Assembly (NCBI GenBank): GCA_037386965.1 | Contig: JARRLN010000004.1 | Location: 197-64,196 of the forward strand | Length of the DNA: 64,000 nt | From: Nitrospirota bacterium | GTDB taxonomy: Bacteria > Nitrospirota > Thermodesulfovibrionia > Thermodesulfovibrionales > JdFR-86 | Direction of reading: 5' to 3' | Part shown: piece by piece, positions 26,770-35,900 of the stretch | Numbering within the stretch: position 1 is the first letter of the stretch | How the letters are laid out: each line of letters opens with the position of its first letter | Notes under the pieces: generated by a model | Database searches by the model: none | What the model was told of the DNA's origin: nothing | The model's input: the letters and a program-made list of their open reading frames with translations, nothing else | Position numbers and translations under genes: made by a program

Positions 26770-26987
26770 AAGGCAGGGTGGTCATCGACCCCTTCCGGTG
26801 CACCGGCTGTAACTACTGCCTTCTGGCCTGCCCCAAGGACGTGCTCGCCCTCCGGATGGAGGACACCGCCGAGGGCTACTTCCCGGCCTACGCCGCCCGC
26901 ATGGAAAACTGCACCGGCTGTGCCCTCTGTGCCGCGGTCTGCCCCGAGATGGCCATCGAGGTCTGGCTCGATTATCCCGCTGGCTGA
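26766..26987 (+). CDS. 2x[4Fe-4S] ferredoxin (73 aa)
   Basis: CTGCNYCLLACP and CTGCALCAAVCP. ATGA overlap with the recN stop. Confidence 0.85.
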   Translation: MKGRVVIDPFRCTGCNYCLLACPKDVLALRMEDTAEGYFPAYAARMENCTGCALCAAVCPEMAIEVWLDYPAG

Positions 26988-27146
26988 CCAGCCCGCTTTA
27001 TACCCGGCGGCGAAGCCCCGTGCTTGTTCCCGGCCGGTGCCGCCGGCAGCGCCGACCGTTTAGAGCAATCCAACTCAACCTGTGGCCGATTTAAGGGAGA
27101 AGGAGAAGAGGTGGGTTAGGGAGTCAGAAGAGTTGCATTGTTATTA

Positions 27147-27178
27147 CGGGGCGCTCCGCCCCCGGCCCCGGTTTTTTT
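27147..27178 (+). terminator. Intrinsic terminator (GC hairpin + T7)
   Basis: GGGGC-gctcc-GCCCC plus CCGGCCCCGG, followed by TTTTTTT at 27172-27178, about 160 nt after the ferredoxin stop. Confidence 0.55.
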
Positions 27179-27205
27179 AATTATCTATCTCCCCAACTCA
27201 TTCAT

Positions 27206-27244
27206 CCTCTCTTCCCCTCTTTGTTCAAAAGAGGGGAAGAGAGG
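27206..27244. repeat. Perfect 17-bp inverted repeat (polypyrimidine/polypurine hairpin)
   Basis: CCTCTCTTCCCCTCTTT - gttca - AAAGAGGGGAAGAGAGG. No clear U-run on either strand. Confidence 0.8.
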
Positions 27245-27504
27245 CTTATTCGGCGGCAAGGAGTTTCATTACTGTCCGGGCGGCCTTATATGAGTGACGA
27301 ATGGGTGGAACAGCCGCTTGAAACGCCCTGCACCGGCCCTATCGGGCCGGAACGTTCGCAGACCTTTTTCTTTATGCAACGGCGGCCGCCCTCCATAGGC
27401 AGTTCCTCCAAAGGAGCCACTGCCAAGCCGCCTCAGGTCAAACGGCAACGACAAGGAGGCCCTCGGCTACATAAATTTATTGAATTGCTCTGATGCGCCG
27501 AGGT

Positions 27505-28920
27505 TCAGAGAAGGTACTCGGCCAGGTTTATCTTGTACTTGCCCGGGTCCATGGTCTTCATGATGGAGCGCTGGTAGGCGCCCGCCTGGTCCTTCTCTGT
27601 AAGGTCCACCAGGGCGCCGGAGGCCTTGTTTCCCTCCGCGTCGGTGACGACCATGACCTTGGGCCTGTCGGGAAAGGTGGGGTTGTTTCCGTAGACGAGG
27701 GCGAGCTGCCTGGTGTTCAAGAGGACCGCCGTGCCCACCGGGTAGAGGCCCACCATGTTGATGAAGAACTTGAACAGCAGGGGGTCCAGGGAGCTTCCGG
27801 CCCTCTCCATCATGACGCTGAGCGCCTTGTCCGGGGCCATGGGGGTCCGGGAGTAGACGCGCGCCGAGGTCATGCCGTCGTACTGGTCGGCAAGGCTCAC
27901 GATGCGGGAGTACAGGTCCACCTCCTCGGGGTGCCTCCGCTCGGGATACCCTCCCTTGTCGTACCGGATGTGGTGCTCGAAGGCCGCGATGGCGCTCCGC
28001 ACGGAAACCATGTCGAAACCCTTCATCTTCAGGATGGCCCGTACGCCCCAGAATGGATGCTTCCGGACGATCTTCCACTCCTCCTCGGTAAAGGAGCCGG
28101 GCTTGTTCAGGACCTCCGGGGGAACGTCGGTCTTCCCGATGTCATGGAACAGAGCCACCATGCCGAGCTCCAGGAGGGACTGCTTGGAAAAGCCCAGCTT
28201 CTGCCCCAGGGCCATGGACAGGATGCTCACGTTGACGCAATGGTGATACGTATAATCGTCGTAGTCCTTGATGGCGCTCATCCCCAGGACCAGTTCCTCC
28301 TCGCTCAACAGAAGGTCCACCATGGACTGAACGACGCGCTTGGCCCGTCTGACGTTTATCTTCTCGCCGGACTGTATCTTGGTCATCACGCCCTTGGTGA
28401 AGGAGACGGCGTTGAAGTACGTGTGCTTGACCGTCCTTCTGATGTCGTACTCGTTGTCCCGGGTCTGTATCTTCCGGGGAGGGGCTATCCGGATGCCGGG
28501 GATATCGTCCAGGCCTTCGGCCAGCTCGACGTAGGGGTCCGAAGAGAAGGAGGCGGAGAGGAAGGCCTTCAGGAACCGCTGGATGTCCTCCTTGGAGAGT
28601 GTGCCGAGGAAGCTCACGCTGCCCAGGTCGTGCTTGCGGAACTCCCGCATGAGAAAGTCGAAGTTCACCAGGTACTCCATGGAGAACTTCACGCGGGATT
28701 CGTTGAGATAGAAATACTCCCCCACCATCTCCAGGGAGATGCCCTCGGCCGCCGCCGGGGAGTCCAGGAGGGCGTTGACGAGCGTGATGAACTTCTCTAT
28801 CCCCTGCATGACCGCCACGTTGGAGGGGTCGTGAATCTGGGAGGTGCGGATGATGGCGGCCAGCTGATTGACGATGTCCTTGGCGGACCTGTCCAGCTCC
28901 GTCCTATCGCTGTCGGCCAT
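27505..28920 (-). CDS. HD-GYP domain protein, putative c-di-GMP phosphodiesterase (471 aa)
   Basis: HHCVNVS, LFHDIGK, HHIRYDKGGYP, ADQYDGMTS motifs. N-terminal region of about 130 aa has unknown function. Confidence 0.9.
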   Translation of the reverse strand: MADSDRTELDRSAKDIVNQLAAIIRTSQIHDPSNVAVMQGIEKFITLVNALLDSPAAAEGISLEMVGEYFYLNESRVKFSMEYLVNFDFLMREFRKHDLGSVSFLGTLSKEDIQRFLKAFLSASFSSDPYVELAEGLDDIPGIRIAPPRKIQTRDNEYDIRRTVKHTYFNAVSFTKGVMTKIQSGEKINVRRAKRVVQSMVDLLLSEEELVLGMSAIKDYDDYTYHHCVNVSILSMALGQKLGFSKQSLLELGMVALFHDIGKTDVPPEVLNKPGSFTEEEWKIVRKHPFWGVRAILKMKGFDMVSVRSAIAAFEHHIRYDKGGYPERRHPEEVDLYSRIVSLADQYDGMTSARVYSRTPMAPDKALSVMMERAGSSLDPLLFKFFINMVGLYPVGTAVLLNTRQLALVYGNNPTFPDRPKVMVVTDAEGNKASGALVDLTEKDQAGAYQRSIMKTMDPGKYKINLAEYLL

Positions 28921-30571
28921 AGCTTATCCTCTTGACGGCGGCTCCGGCCTGCTCGCTGAGCATCCTGTTGCGCGCGTTGCGCAACCCCTCCAGCACGGGA
29001 AGGGCCTCGGGGTTTCCCAGGAGGCCGAGGGCGTAGACCGCGCAGGCCTTGACCTCTTTGTACTTGGACCGCCTGAAGAAAGGCTTCCGCGTGAGCAACC
29101 CCATCAGGAAATCGTAGATGTCCCGGTCCTTCCAGGCCGAAAGGGCCTCGAAGTACTCCTTCATCTCCCGGAACTCGGTGGCCATGAGCCGCCTCTGGGG
29201 CATCCGCTCCAGGAGGGCGGCCTTGGCCTCCTCCGAGCCCACCGCGGCCAGGGCCTTGGCCGCCGTCATGCGCACGGAGGGGTCCCCGTCCTCCAGGCAC
29301 AGGGCGACGGGCTGCACGGCCTTCGGCTCCTTGAGCTCTCCGAGCCCCTTGAGCACCTCCTTGCGCACCCGGGGCTCCGGATGGTTGACAACCCTGACGA
29401 GGTAATCGACGGCACGGGGGTCGCCCATGCGCCAGAGGATGTAGACGATGTTGCGCACCACGAACCATCGCGGGTCGCGAAGCCCCCGGGCCAGCGCGTC
29501 CACGTCCTTCCTTCCCAGGACGACCAGCGCGTCGATGGCGCTCTTGCGCCCGCCGATGGTCTCCAGCTCGCCCAGCAGGGAGATGAACGAGGCTATGGCG
29601 TTGGACTCGAGGTTGCCGACGTAACGGCTGCAATCCTCCTCGTCCGGACCTCCCTTGGTGTCCAGCCACTCGCCGATGACCTTGACCACCTGCTCCGAGC
29701 CCCCGAAGGCCAGGACCATGCCCAGGTTCTTCCTTACATGGGGGGAACGGGATTTCTTCAGAAGAATCCGTATCCGCCGGAAGATGTTCGCCGGGGTTTT
29801 GAGGTCGCCCCTCCGCACCGAAAACTCCACGGCGTTCATCATGATGCGGGTGATGTCCTTGAACTCCTCCAGGGTGTCCGCCCCGTAGAGCATGTCAAAG
29901 AGGATGCCCATGAGCTTGGACTGCTTGTTCTCCTCCATGTCCTTCTCGACCTCCGAGGCCAGGGCCTTGAGGTCGGCGTCCGTTATGGACATGGGCACGT
30001 GCTGCCCGTCCACGTCCTCGGCCTTGAAGGCGTCCTCATACGCCTTCCTGAGGCCCTCGTCGGTGGAGGCGTCTTCCTTGGCCTGGCTGACCGCCTTCTC
30101 CTCGTACCCGTCGTCCTCCATGAGGACGGTCTCGTCCACGGTGTACCGGATGAAGCGGAAGTCCCTCTCCCAGAGCAGCGTGACCAGGTCGTCCTCGACG
30201 TCCTCGCGGTCGAAGTCGTAGGAAAGGACGCTCAGGAAGTCCTGGAACTCCTCCTTCCCGAGCCCCCGGACGAAGCTCAGGGAGCGCAGGCCGTCACGGA
30301 AGAAAAAAAGGGCCAGGTTCTCGTCCTTCTCCTCGCTCCGGTAGACGGACTCTCCGGCCACGCTTATGTCGTTACGGCTGATGAGCAGCTCCAGGGACTC
30401 CTCGGCGGCAAGGATGTCGTCCACGCGCTTGAAAGTATCCTCAACCGTGCGCGTGTACATGGGGTTGTTCACGGGGTACAAACGGAGGTTCTTTCTGGCC
30501 TTCAGGAGGGATTGGACGAGTTCGCGCGCTTCCTTGCCCAGTTCCGTCTTTATCTCGTCCTGGCCCGGCAT
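28904..30571 (-). CDS. HEAT-repeat protein (555 aa)
   Basis: The C-terminal half has repeated D/E-P-x-VR helical HEAT units (DPRWFVVRN, EPRVRKEV, DPSVRMTAAKAL). It overlaps the HD-GYP start by 17 nt. Confidence 0.85.
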   Translation of the reverse strand: MPGQDEIKTELGKEARELVQSLLKARKNLRLYPVNNPMYTRTVEDTFKRVDDILAAEESLELLISRNDISVAGESVYRSEEKDENLALFFFRDGLRSLSFVRGLGKEEFQDFLSVLSYDFDREDVEDDLVTLLWERDFRFIRYTVDETVLMEDDGYEEKAVSQAKEDASTDEGLRKAYEDAFKAEDVDGQHVPMSITDADLKALASEVEKDMEENKQSKLMGILFDMLYGADTLEEFKDITRIMMNAVEFSVRRGDLKTPANIFRRIRILLKKSRSPHVRKNLGMVLAFGGSEQVVKVIGEWLDTKGGPDEEDCSRYVGNLESNAIASFISLLGELETIGGRKSAIDALVVLGRKDVDALARGLRDPRWFVVRNIVYILWRMGDPRAVDYLVRVVNHPEPRVRKEVLKGLGELKEPKAVQPVALCLEDGDPSVRMTAAKALAAVGSEEAKAALLERMPQRRLMATEFREMKEYFEALSAWKDRDIYDFLMGLLTRKPFFRRSKYKEVKACAVYALGLLGNPEALPVLEGLRNARNRMLSEQAGAAVKRISYGRQR

Positions 30572-30579
30572 CCCTCGTT

Positions 30580-30609
30580 AAAATAACACCCGCGCAAAAA
30601 ATGTGTCAA
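30580..30609 (-). promoter_or_regulatory. Promoter for a leaderless HEAT/HD-GYP transcript (TTGACA-18-TATTTT-8nt-ATG)
   Basis: On the minus strand: TTGACA at 30609..30604 (overlapping the TGA stop of the 90-aa ORF), TATTTT at 30585..30580, ATG at 30571. No properly spaced SD. Confidence 0.5.
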
Positions 30610-30878
30610 TAAATACGCATACGTCTCTGCTTTGCGTAATTCCTGATGACCATGGAGGCGGTGTGCAGGCGCTGGAGCTTCATGTTGCGCATCCTGATGC
30701 CCTGGATGTCGCCGGTGGGGAAGGCGGCCGCCCTCATGGCCGCCTGGGCGCGCCCGACTTCCTGAAGCAGGCCCTTTATGGTTTCCTCGTCCAGGGGCTT
30801 GAGGAAAATGGGATTGACGGTGACGTATCCCTCGGCGATGTCGAAGGCGATGGCCTTAAGGTTCTTGCCCCGTATCAC
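30606..30878 (-). CDS. Small hypothetical protein (90 aa)
   Basis: ORF track entry. GTG start overlaps the tatC 3' end by 23 nt. Very high GC3, like bona fide genes here. No family recognised. Confidence 0.6.
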   Translation of the reverse strand: MIRGKNLKAIAFDIAEGYVTVNPIFLKPLDEETIKGLLQEVGRAQAAMRAAAFPTGDIQGIRMRNMKLQRLHTASMVIRNYAKQRRMRIY

Positions 30879-31647
30879 TTTCCGTCTTCCTCCTGCCGAA
30901 GAGGCGCGAAGCCAGTATCCCGGCCTCGTACAAAACGATTATGGGACCCGCCATCAGGACCTGCGTGAAGGCGTCCGGCGGGGTGAGAATGGCCGCGCCC
31001 ACGAAGGCCAGCAGAACCGCGTATTTTCTGTTCTTGGCCAAGGACTTGGGCGTGACCACGCCCAGGCGGGCAAGGAACACGGTGATGACGGGGAGCTCGA
31101 AGACCCCACCGAATGCGAGAATCGAGGTGAGGCAGAAATCCACGTATTTCTGCACCGAGAGCATGGGGACCAGGGAGGCGGTCTTGTAGCCCAGGAGGAA
31201 CTTTATGGCGAACGGCAGCACAATGACGAAGCAGAACGCCGTTCCCGCCACGAAAAGCCCCGAGGTGACCAGGACGAAAGGGACGGCGAACTTCCTTTCC
31301 CGGGGATGAAGCCCGGGGGAGATGAATTTCCAGGTCTGCTGAAACAGCACGGGCGAGACGGCCACGACGGCGGCGATGAGGGCTATTTTCAGGTGTACCC
31401 AGAAGGCCTCCGTAGGGGCGAGGAAGACGAGCTCCTTGAGGGCCCCCGCCCTCTCGGCCAGAAAGACGTAGGGGGGCCGGGCCTTGATGGTGATGGTGGT
31501 GTGAAGCGGGAGGATGAGAAGGTCGTAGATGTTCTCCGAGAAGTTGAAGGCGACGATGAACCCTATGATGACGGCGCCGACGGAGACGAAGAGCCTGCGC
31601 CTGAGCTCGGAGAGGTGCTCCGTGATGGGCATCTTCTCTTCGGCCAT
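30856..31647 (-). CDS. tatC: Twin-arginine translocase subunit TatC
   Basis: MPITEHLSELRRRL N-terminus and a six-TM pattern typical of TatC. Confidence 0.93.
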   Translation of the reverse strand: MAEEKMPITEHLSELRRRLFVSVGAVIIGFIVAFNFSENIYDLLILPLHTTITIKARPPYVFLAERAGALKELVFLAPTEAFWVHLKIALIAAVVAVSPVLFQQTWKFISPGLHPRERKFAVPFVLVTSGLFVAGTAFCFVIVLPFAIKFLLGYKTASLVPMLSVQKYVDFCLTSILAFGGVFELPVITVFLARLGVVTPKSLAKNRKYAVLLAFVGAAILTPPDAFTQVLMAGPIIVLYEAGILASRLFGRRKTESDTGQEP

Positions 31648-32034
31648 TCAGATGCCTTCCCCATCCTTCTCGGCCTCGCCGGAAGAGGGGCTTTCCTCGC
31701 GCCGCCCACCGCTCCCGGAACCTTCCTCCGCCCCCTGCCGCTCCTCGGCTGAAGCCTGCGGCTGCTGCCGCTCCTCCTCCCGGGGCTCCTCCGCCTTCTC
31801 CGGGGCCCCAGCGGTTTCCTCCTTCCAGGCGGGGACGTCGAGCTGCCTGCCGGGCTTCTCCAGGATATCGAACTCCTTGTCCATCTCGTCCTTCACGTCC
31901 GTCATGGCCCGCTTCAGCTGCGCCACGCTCTTGCCCAGGGTCCGGGCCAGCTCCGGAAGCCTCTTGGGTCCAAACACCAGGAGGGCGACGACGAAAATGA
32001 CGACGAGCTCCTGCATCCCCAGGTCGAACATCAC
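31648..32034 (-). CDS. tatA: Twin-arginine translocase TatA/TatB-family subunit with acidic tail (128 aa)
   Basis: ELVVIFVVALLVFGPKRLPELARTLGKSV hinge/amphipathic motif. Glu/Gly-rich C-terminus. Confidence 0.88.
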   Translation of the reverse strand: MMFDLGMQELVVIFVVALLVFGPKRLPELARTLGKSVAQLKRAMTDVKDEMDKEFDILEKPGRQLDVPAWKEETAGAPEKAEEPREEERQQPQASAEERQGAEEGSGSGGRREESPSSGEAEKDGEGI

Positions 32035-32813
32035 TCACCCTTTTCGTAAACTTTCTCTATGTACCTCTGCCTCGGAGAGAAAATGAGGGAGACGGCCACG
32101 ATGAGCCTGTATTCGGGCTTCCGGTCGTTGATGCCGATGCCCGCCCCCAGGGTCGTATAGAAGCCCTCCAGGGACTGGATGCGGTACCCGATGCGCAACT
32201 CGCTCCGGTCCACCTTCCCGGAGAAGTAGCTCTTTTTCACGAGGAACTCCGAAAGCAAATCGATGTTGTGGGCGGCGGCGAAATCCATGCCCACCGAGGC
32301 CCTGATCTCCTCTTCGAGGTCCGACTTCCAGGGCTCCAAGTATATGAAGTTGACAAGCCCCTTCACCGGCCCCAGGCGCTTTGTCAGGATGACTCCCGCG
32401 CCCAGGGCGCCGTCGGTGCTCAGTTGCTCGGTGCTGCTGGAGAGGGTAGCCGCCACCAGGTAAGCGAGAGAGAAACCGTAGTCTTCCTCGTCCAGGACAC
32501 GGTGCTTCAGGCTGAAGGCGATGTCCTCCAGGCCCGAGGCCCCGTCGTCCTGGTACGGTATGTTGACGTCCAGCTCGAGATGCTCCGTGACCCCCAGCCC
32601 CAGCTGCGAGGATACCCTCGTGAAGTCCGGCTGGCCGGCCTTCTCGATGGAAAAGGCCACGGCCGCCTCGCCCACCGCCGGCGTCTCCGCGCTCATGGTG
32701 CTGAAGACGGAGAAGGGCGCGGGGGACTGGGGGCCGCTCAACTCGACGCCGTAAGATGTTCCCGCGAGCAATAGAACGACGAGAAGAGTCCCAGGCAGGA
32801 TTACGGTTCTCAT
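32031..32813 (-). CDS. Outer-membrane beta-barrel protein, function unknown (260 aa)
   Basis: Signal peptide (LLVVLLLAGTSYG). Alternating beta-strand pattern. 4-nt overlap with tatA. Confidence 0.7.
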   Translation of the reverse strand: MRTVILPGTLLVVLLLAGTSYGVELSGPQSPAPFSVFSTMSAETPAVGEAAVAFSIEKAGQPDFTRVSSQLGLGVTEHLELDVNIPYQDDGASGLEDIAFSLKHRVLDEEDYGFSLAYLVAATLSSSTEQLSTDGALGAGVILTKRLGPVKGLVNFIYLEPWKSDLEEEIRASVGMDFAAAHNIDLLSEFLVKKSYFSGKVDRSELRIGYRIQSLEGFYTTLGAGIGINDRKPEYRLIVAVSLIFSPRQRYIEKVYEKGE

Positions 32814-32821
32814 CGTCTAAA

Positions 32822-32851
32822 AAAATACCAGATAGTTTCGAAGACTGTCAA
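32822..32851 (-). promoter_or_regulatory. Promoter for a leaderless OMP-tatAC transcript (TTGACA-18-TATTTT-8nt-ATG)
   Basis: On the minus strand: TTGACA at 32851..32846, TATTTT at 32827..32822, ATG at 32813. No SD. Confidence 0.5.
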
Positions 32852-32944
32852 TTATTCTGAAAAGGGGCCGCGGCCGCGAGGACGAAAGAAAACTCACCCG
32901 TTCGCACAGCGCTCCCCTCCGCCGGGGCTTCCCGTGTCCCGACC

Positions 32945-35900
32945 TCATCCGCCCGGGGGGCCGCCCGCGGCCCTCGAGAGAGCCTCCAGGGCGGCCCCGG
33001 TCTCCTCGAACAGGTCGCCCTCGGCCGAAAGCTCAAAGCCGTTGGGCAGAAACCGCACCCTTCCGTTCAGGGCCGAGAGGATGTCCCCCGGGGAAAGCTC
33101 CGTATCCGGCGAGAGGGTGAAGCGCACCGCGGCGTCCCGGGCCGTGATTTCCGTCATGTGCAGCCTCTCCGCCGCGATTCCCAGCGAGCGGACGCGAAGG
33201 AGGTTTCCAAACGGGGGCGGCGACGGACCGAAGCGGTCGGCCATCTCGGCCTCTATGTCCTCGAGGTCCTCCGGGCTCCGGGCGCCCGAGATGCGGCGGT
33301 ACACGCTCAGGCGAAGCGCCATGTCCTCGATATAGTCGTCCGGGACGTAGGCGTCCACTCGAAGGGAGATCTCCGTGCGGACGGCCTCCTTCACCTCGAG
33401 CCCCCTGAGCCCGGCGACGGCCTCCTCCAGCATCTCGACGTACAGGTCGAAGCCCACAGCGTGGATGTTGCCCGACTGCTCCGGCCCCAGGAGGTTTCCC
33501 GCCCCGCGTATCTCCAGGTCGCGCATGGCCAGCCTGAAGCCCGCCCCCATGTAGCTGAGGTCCTGTATGGCCTGAAGCCTCTTGCGCGCCTCGTCGGTGA
33601 GGACGCGCTCCCCCGGGATGATGAAGAAGGCGTAGGCCCGCACGTTGCTCCGCCCCACCCTGCCCCTGAGCTGGTACAGGTCGGCCAGGCCCATCCGGTG
33701 GGCCATGTCCACGATGATGGTGTTTGCCGTGGGTATGTCCAGCCCCGCCCCCACGATGGCCGTGGAGAGCAGGACGTCCACCTCCCGGTTCAGGAACCGG
33801 AGCATGATTTCCTCGAGCTTCCCCTCGGGCATCCGCCCGTGGGCCACCGCGATGCGGGCCAAGGGGACGATGTCCCTGAGCCGCGCGGCCACCCCGTCGA
33901 TGTCCTGGATGCGGTTGTGGACGTAGAAGACCTGCCCGCGCCGGTCCACCTCCCTTTGGACCGCCGAGCGGATGAGGTCCCGGTCGAAGGCGCTCACGGC
34001 GCTCTGCACGGCCAGGCGCTCCTCCGGGGGGGTCTCGATGAGGCTCATCCCCCGGATGCCCGAAAGAGACATCTGAAGCGTGCGGGGAATGGGCGTGGCG
34101 CTCAGGGACAGCACGTCCACGCCGCGCTTCAGCTCCTTGATGCGCTCCTTCTGGCGCACGCCGAAGCGATGCTCCTCGTCGATGACGAGGAGACCCAGGT
34201 CGCGGAACTCCATGTCCCGGCGCAGGAGGGCGTGGGTGGCGATGACGATGTCCACCTCGCCCCGCTTGACCTTCCGCAGGGTCTGCCGCCTTTCCCCGGG
34301 TGTCTTGAACCTGCTCAGGCTGTCTATGGTGACGGGGAAGGCGGCGAAGCGCTTCGTGAATATCCGGTGGTGCTGCTCGCACAGGAGGGTCGTGGGCACC
34401 AGCACGGCCACCTGCTTGCCGTCGTAGACGGCCTTGAAGGCCGCGCGCATGGCCACCTCCGTCTTTCCGTAGCCCACGTCCCCGCAGAGAAGGCGGTCCA
34501 TGGGGCGGGCGGACTCCATGTCCTCCTTTATCTCCCGGACGGCCCGGAGCTGGTCGGGGGTTTCCTCGTAGGGGAAAAAGCTGTCGAACTCCCGGTGCAT
34601 TTCGGTATCCGGGCTGAAGCGGAAGCCCTCGGCCACCTCGCGCTCGGCATAGACCTTGAGGAGGCGCGAGGCCAGCTCCTGGACCTTCTTTCTGACCCGC
34701 TGCTTCGTCCTTTGCCACCTCCGGGAGCGGAGGCTGTCCAGCTCCGGGACGACGCCCTCCTCGGCGTGGTATTTTCGGACCCTGTCTATGGCGTCCAGGG
34801 GGACGTAGAGCCTGTCGCCCTCGGCGTAGCGCAGCACCAGCATGTCGTACTCCACGTCCTCCACGCTCTGCCGCACCAGGCCCTCGAACCGCCCGATGCC
34901 CCTGTCCGAGTGCACCACGTGGTCGCCCACGAGGAGGTCGTCGACGTTTCGGAGGAGGCCGGAGACCCGGGATTTCCTCAGAGGCCTGTAGGCCGGACGG
35001 CCGCCGAATATCTCCTTTTCCGTCAGGACCAGGAGCCCCCGGAGGAAGAGGCCCTCGGAGAGGCCGCCCACCGTGATGGCGTACCGCCCGGCGTATGAGG
35101 CGACCTCCTCCAGGGGCACCCGCGGGACGATGAGCCCCCCGTCCAGAAAAACCTGTCTCAGCCGCTCCGCCTGCCCCTCCGAAGAAGAAACGACGATGAC
35201 GCGGTGCTCCTTGCCCACCTCCTGAAGGACGCCGGGGAGGGAATAGACGTCCTTTCTCTCCCCGGGGAGGATGCCCAGGCCCGCAATGCTCAGGGCCGGG
35301 GCCTCGATGCCCTCCCCGGCGAACCCGTAGCGGGAGAGGACCACGGCACCGGCGGGGGGCTCGGCGTGGTTGTCCCCGGACCAGAGGACGGGCACGCCGG
35401 TGAGGAGGTCGAGGATGCCGGGGCCCTCCCCGGGCTCCACGGCGGGCATCACCAGGACGCCCTCCACCTCGGCCACCGAGCGTTGGGTGTCCACGTCGAA
35501 GGCCCGGATGTTTTCTATCTCCTCGCCGAAGAACTCCACCCTCATGGCGCGGGCGTCCGTGGAGGGGTAGATGTCCAGGATCCAGCCCCTCAGGCTGTAC
35601 TGTCCCGGCTCCGTCACCAGGGGGGCCCGCCGGTAGCCCAGCCCGTGGAGCCTCCGGGCGGCCTCCTCGCGGGCAATCTCGTCCCCCGCCCCGAGGGCCA
35701 GCACCCGCTCGGCCAGAACCCGGGGCTCCCACTGGGGGGCCTCCAGGGCGCCCTCGGAGGTGATGAGCATGGGCGAGGCCGTCCCGCCTTCCGGGAGGCC
35801 GTAGAGCGCCTCGGCCCTCCTGCCGGCCAGTTCCGGGCCGTCGGGCTCGGGGAGGCGGCGAAGGGGTACGGACGTTCTGCCCAGGAGCTTCCGGAAGAAA

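Noticed and set aside
27262-27402. RNase P RNA-like strings (GTCCGGGC, CCTCCATAGGCAG) in the AT-rich island.
   Set aside because: The two strings are about 110 nt apart instead of adjacent. The universal GAGGAAAGUCC and other conserved regions are missing, so this is probably chance similarity.
27221-27493. ORF-track 90-aa (+) and 61-aa (-) ORFs inside the island.
   Set aside because: No SD or promoter. The 90-aa ORF starts at a non-ATG codon. Codon usage is atypical and the composition is low in information.
33033-35732. An 899-aa same-strand alternative frame inside mfd.
   Set aside because: Mfd motifs are unambiguous in the 32945..36082 frame. The alternative frame is an Arg/Gly/Pro-rich shadow with no motifs.
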